Shown piece after piece: positions 62,853-64,000 of a DNA stretch of 64,000 bases. The stretch spans positions 3,185 through 67,184 of the forward strand of contig JBEBKE010000001.1 of the NCBI GenBank assembly GCA_040079555.1. The letters run 5' to 3'. The position numbers were made by a program, and so were the translations under genes. The stretch is from Sphingorhabdus sp. Lineage in GTDB: Bacteria; Pseudomonadota; Alphaproteobacteria; Sphingomonadales; Sphingomonadaceae. Within the stretch, counting starts at the first letter, position 1, and the number at the start of each line of letters is the position of its first letter. The notes beneath the pieces are model-generated. The model did not search any database and was not told where the DNA came from. It saw nothing but the letters and a program-made list of their open reading frames with translations.

Positions 62853-63787
62853 AAACGCCTCGCCCCGTTAAAAAAGTCCTCCTGATCACCGGCCTATCCG
62901 GAGCCGGAAAAACAACCGCATTGAAAACGCTAGAGGATCTGGGTTGGGAAGCGGTCGATAACTTCCCCATCCGGCTTGCGGGGCCTCTGTTGGCCTTACC
63001 CTCCCCAGAGGGCCGCAATGAAAATGACATTCCACTTGCCTTGGGTTTTGATACGCGGACGCGTGGTTTTAATACCGACAGGCTGATCGAACAGATTAAA
63101 CAGCTTCAAAAGCGTGATGATCTGGAAATCATGATGCTGTTTCTCGATTGCGCAGGCAGCGAAATCGAACGCCGCTATAGCGAAACGCGGCGGCGCCACC
63201 CGTTGGCACAAGATCGCCCAGCGATTGATGGTATAGCGCAAGAGCGGGCGATTATGGAACCGCTGCGCCGCTGGTCCGATCTTGTCATCGATACCAGCAA
63301 ACTTTCCACCAGCGAGCTTCAAGGCGAAATCCGCGAGAAGTTTCGCGTTGCAACAGGCGGGATGACCGTTTCAGTGACCAGCTTTGGCTTTTCACGCGGC
63401 GTTCCGCACAATGCGGACTTGATTTTCGATATGCGCTTTTTAAAAAATCCGCATTGGGATGTAGAGTTGCGACCGTTGACGGGGCTTGATGCGCCGGTCG
63501 CCGAATATGTCAGCAAAGACCCCGGCTATGCCGAGGCGGTTGAGCGGATTAAGGACCTTTTGTTGTTTCTTTTGCCTCGTTACGATGCGCAAGGGAAAGC
63601 CTATGTAACGATTGCGTTTGGCTGTACCGGGGGGCGTCACCGATCCGTCTACGTCTCGGAACAGTTTGGCCAGATTTTGCGCGACGCAGGCTATAGCCCG
63701 ACTGTCTCACATCGTAACTTGCACTCACGCCCCATTGACTCATTGGAGCAGCAAGGCAATCAGGACCGTCCGATTTACAATGACTGA
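62849..63787 (+). CDS. rapZ: RNase adapter RapZ
   Basis: GLSGAGKT, ETRRRHPL, DMRFLKNPHW, GCTGGRHRSV. Confidence 0.95.
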   Translation: MKTPRPVKKVLLITGLSGAGKTTALKTLEDLGWEAVDNFPIRLAGPLLALPSPEGRNENDIPLALGFDTRTRGFNTDRLIEQIKQLQKRDDLEIMMLFLDCAGSEIERRYSETRRRHPLAQDRPAIDGIAQERAIMEPLRRWSDLVIDTSKLSTSELQGEIREKFRVATGGMTVSVTSFGFSRGVPHNADLIFDMRFLKNPHWDVELRPLTGLDAPVAEYVSKDPGYAEAVERIKDLLLFLLPRYDAQGKAYVTIAFGCTGGRHRSVYVSEQFGQILRDAGYSPTVSHRNLHSRPIDSLEQQGNQDRPIYND

Positions 63788-63832
63788 CTGTAAGCGGTTC
63801 AATTATATGGTCAAAATAGGGTATTTGTCCGC

Positions 63833-64000
63833 ATGATAGGGTTGATTCTGGTAACGCACGGCACATTGGCCGATGAATTTGTCATCGCCATGGAGCATGT
63901 CGTGGGGCCGCAAAAGCAAATTGCGACAGTCTGCATCGGTCCGCGCGACGATATGGAACAGCGGCGCAAAGACATCGCAAATGCCATTAAAACTGTCGAT
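63833..64000 (+). CDS. PTS EIIA-Man component (partial, runs off window)
   Basis: Manual translation MIGLILVTHGTLADEFVIAMEHVVGPQ. Confidence 0.9.
   Translation, partial: MIGLILVTHGTLADEFVIAMEHVVGPQKQIATVCIGPRDDMEQRRKDIANAIKTVD

Overview
Chromosomal window from an alphaproteobacterium; gene content and order point to Sphingomonadales (inference). It is mostly core genes: sufE, rnpB, a chpT-cheAWYBR cluster, rluD-rpoH-mtgA, an Oar-like TonB-dependent receptor, tRNA-Leu-tig-clpP-clpX, gatCAB, yqgF-pyrB-pyrC', a ParA/RHH/SPOR locus, hisI, purF, photolyase, korAB, rppH, guaB, and pckA-chvIG-hprK-rapZ-PTS IIA. The most striking non-core structure is a GxxExxY (PD-(D/E)xK-type) gene enclosed by 33-bp inverted repeats with an 8-nt period. 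It sits between two operon genes, and there is a solo repeat arm and a similarly built gene-less hairpin elsewhere in the window, suggesting a transposase-free mobile element with non-autonomous relatives. Other notable items are three REPIN-like paired palindromes, a small accessory island (HigBA, orphan and duplicated HTH, a 36-bp IS-end remnant with an 8-bp duplication, a STAS-HATPase-DUF4325 gene), and small genes inserted seamlessly into conserved operons. All family assignments come from recognising motifs by eye; no searches were run.
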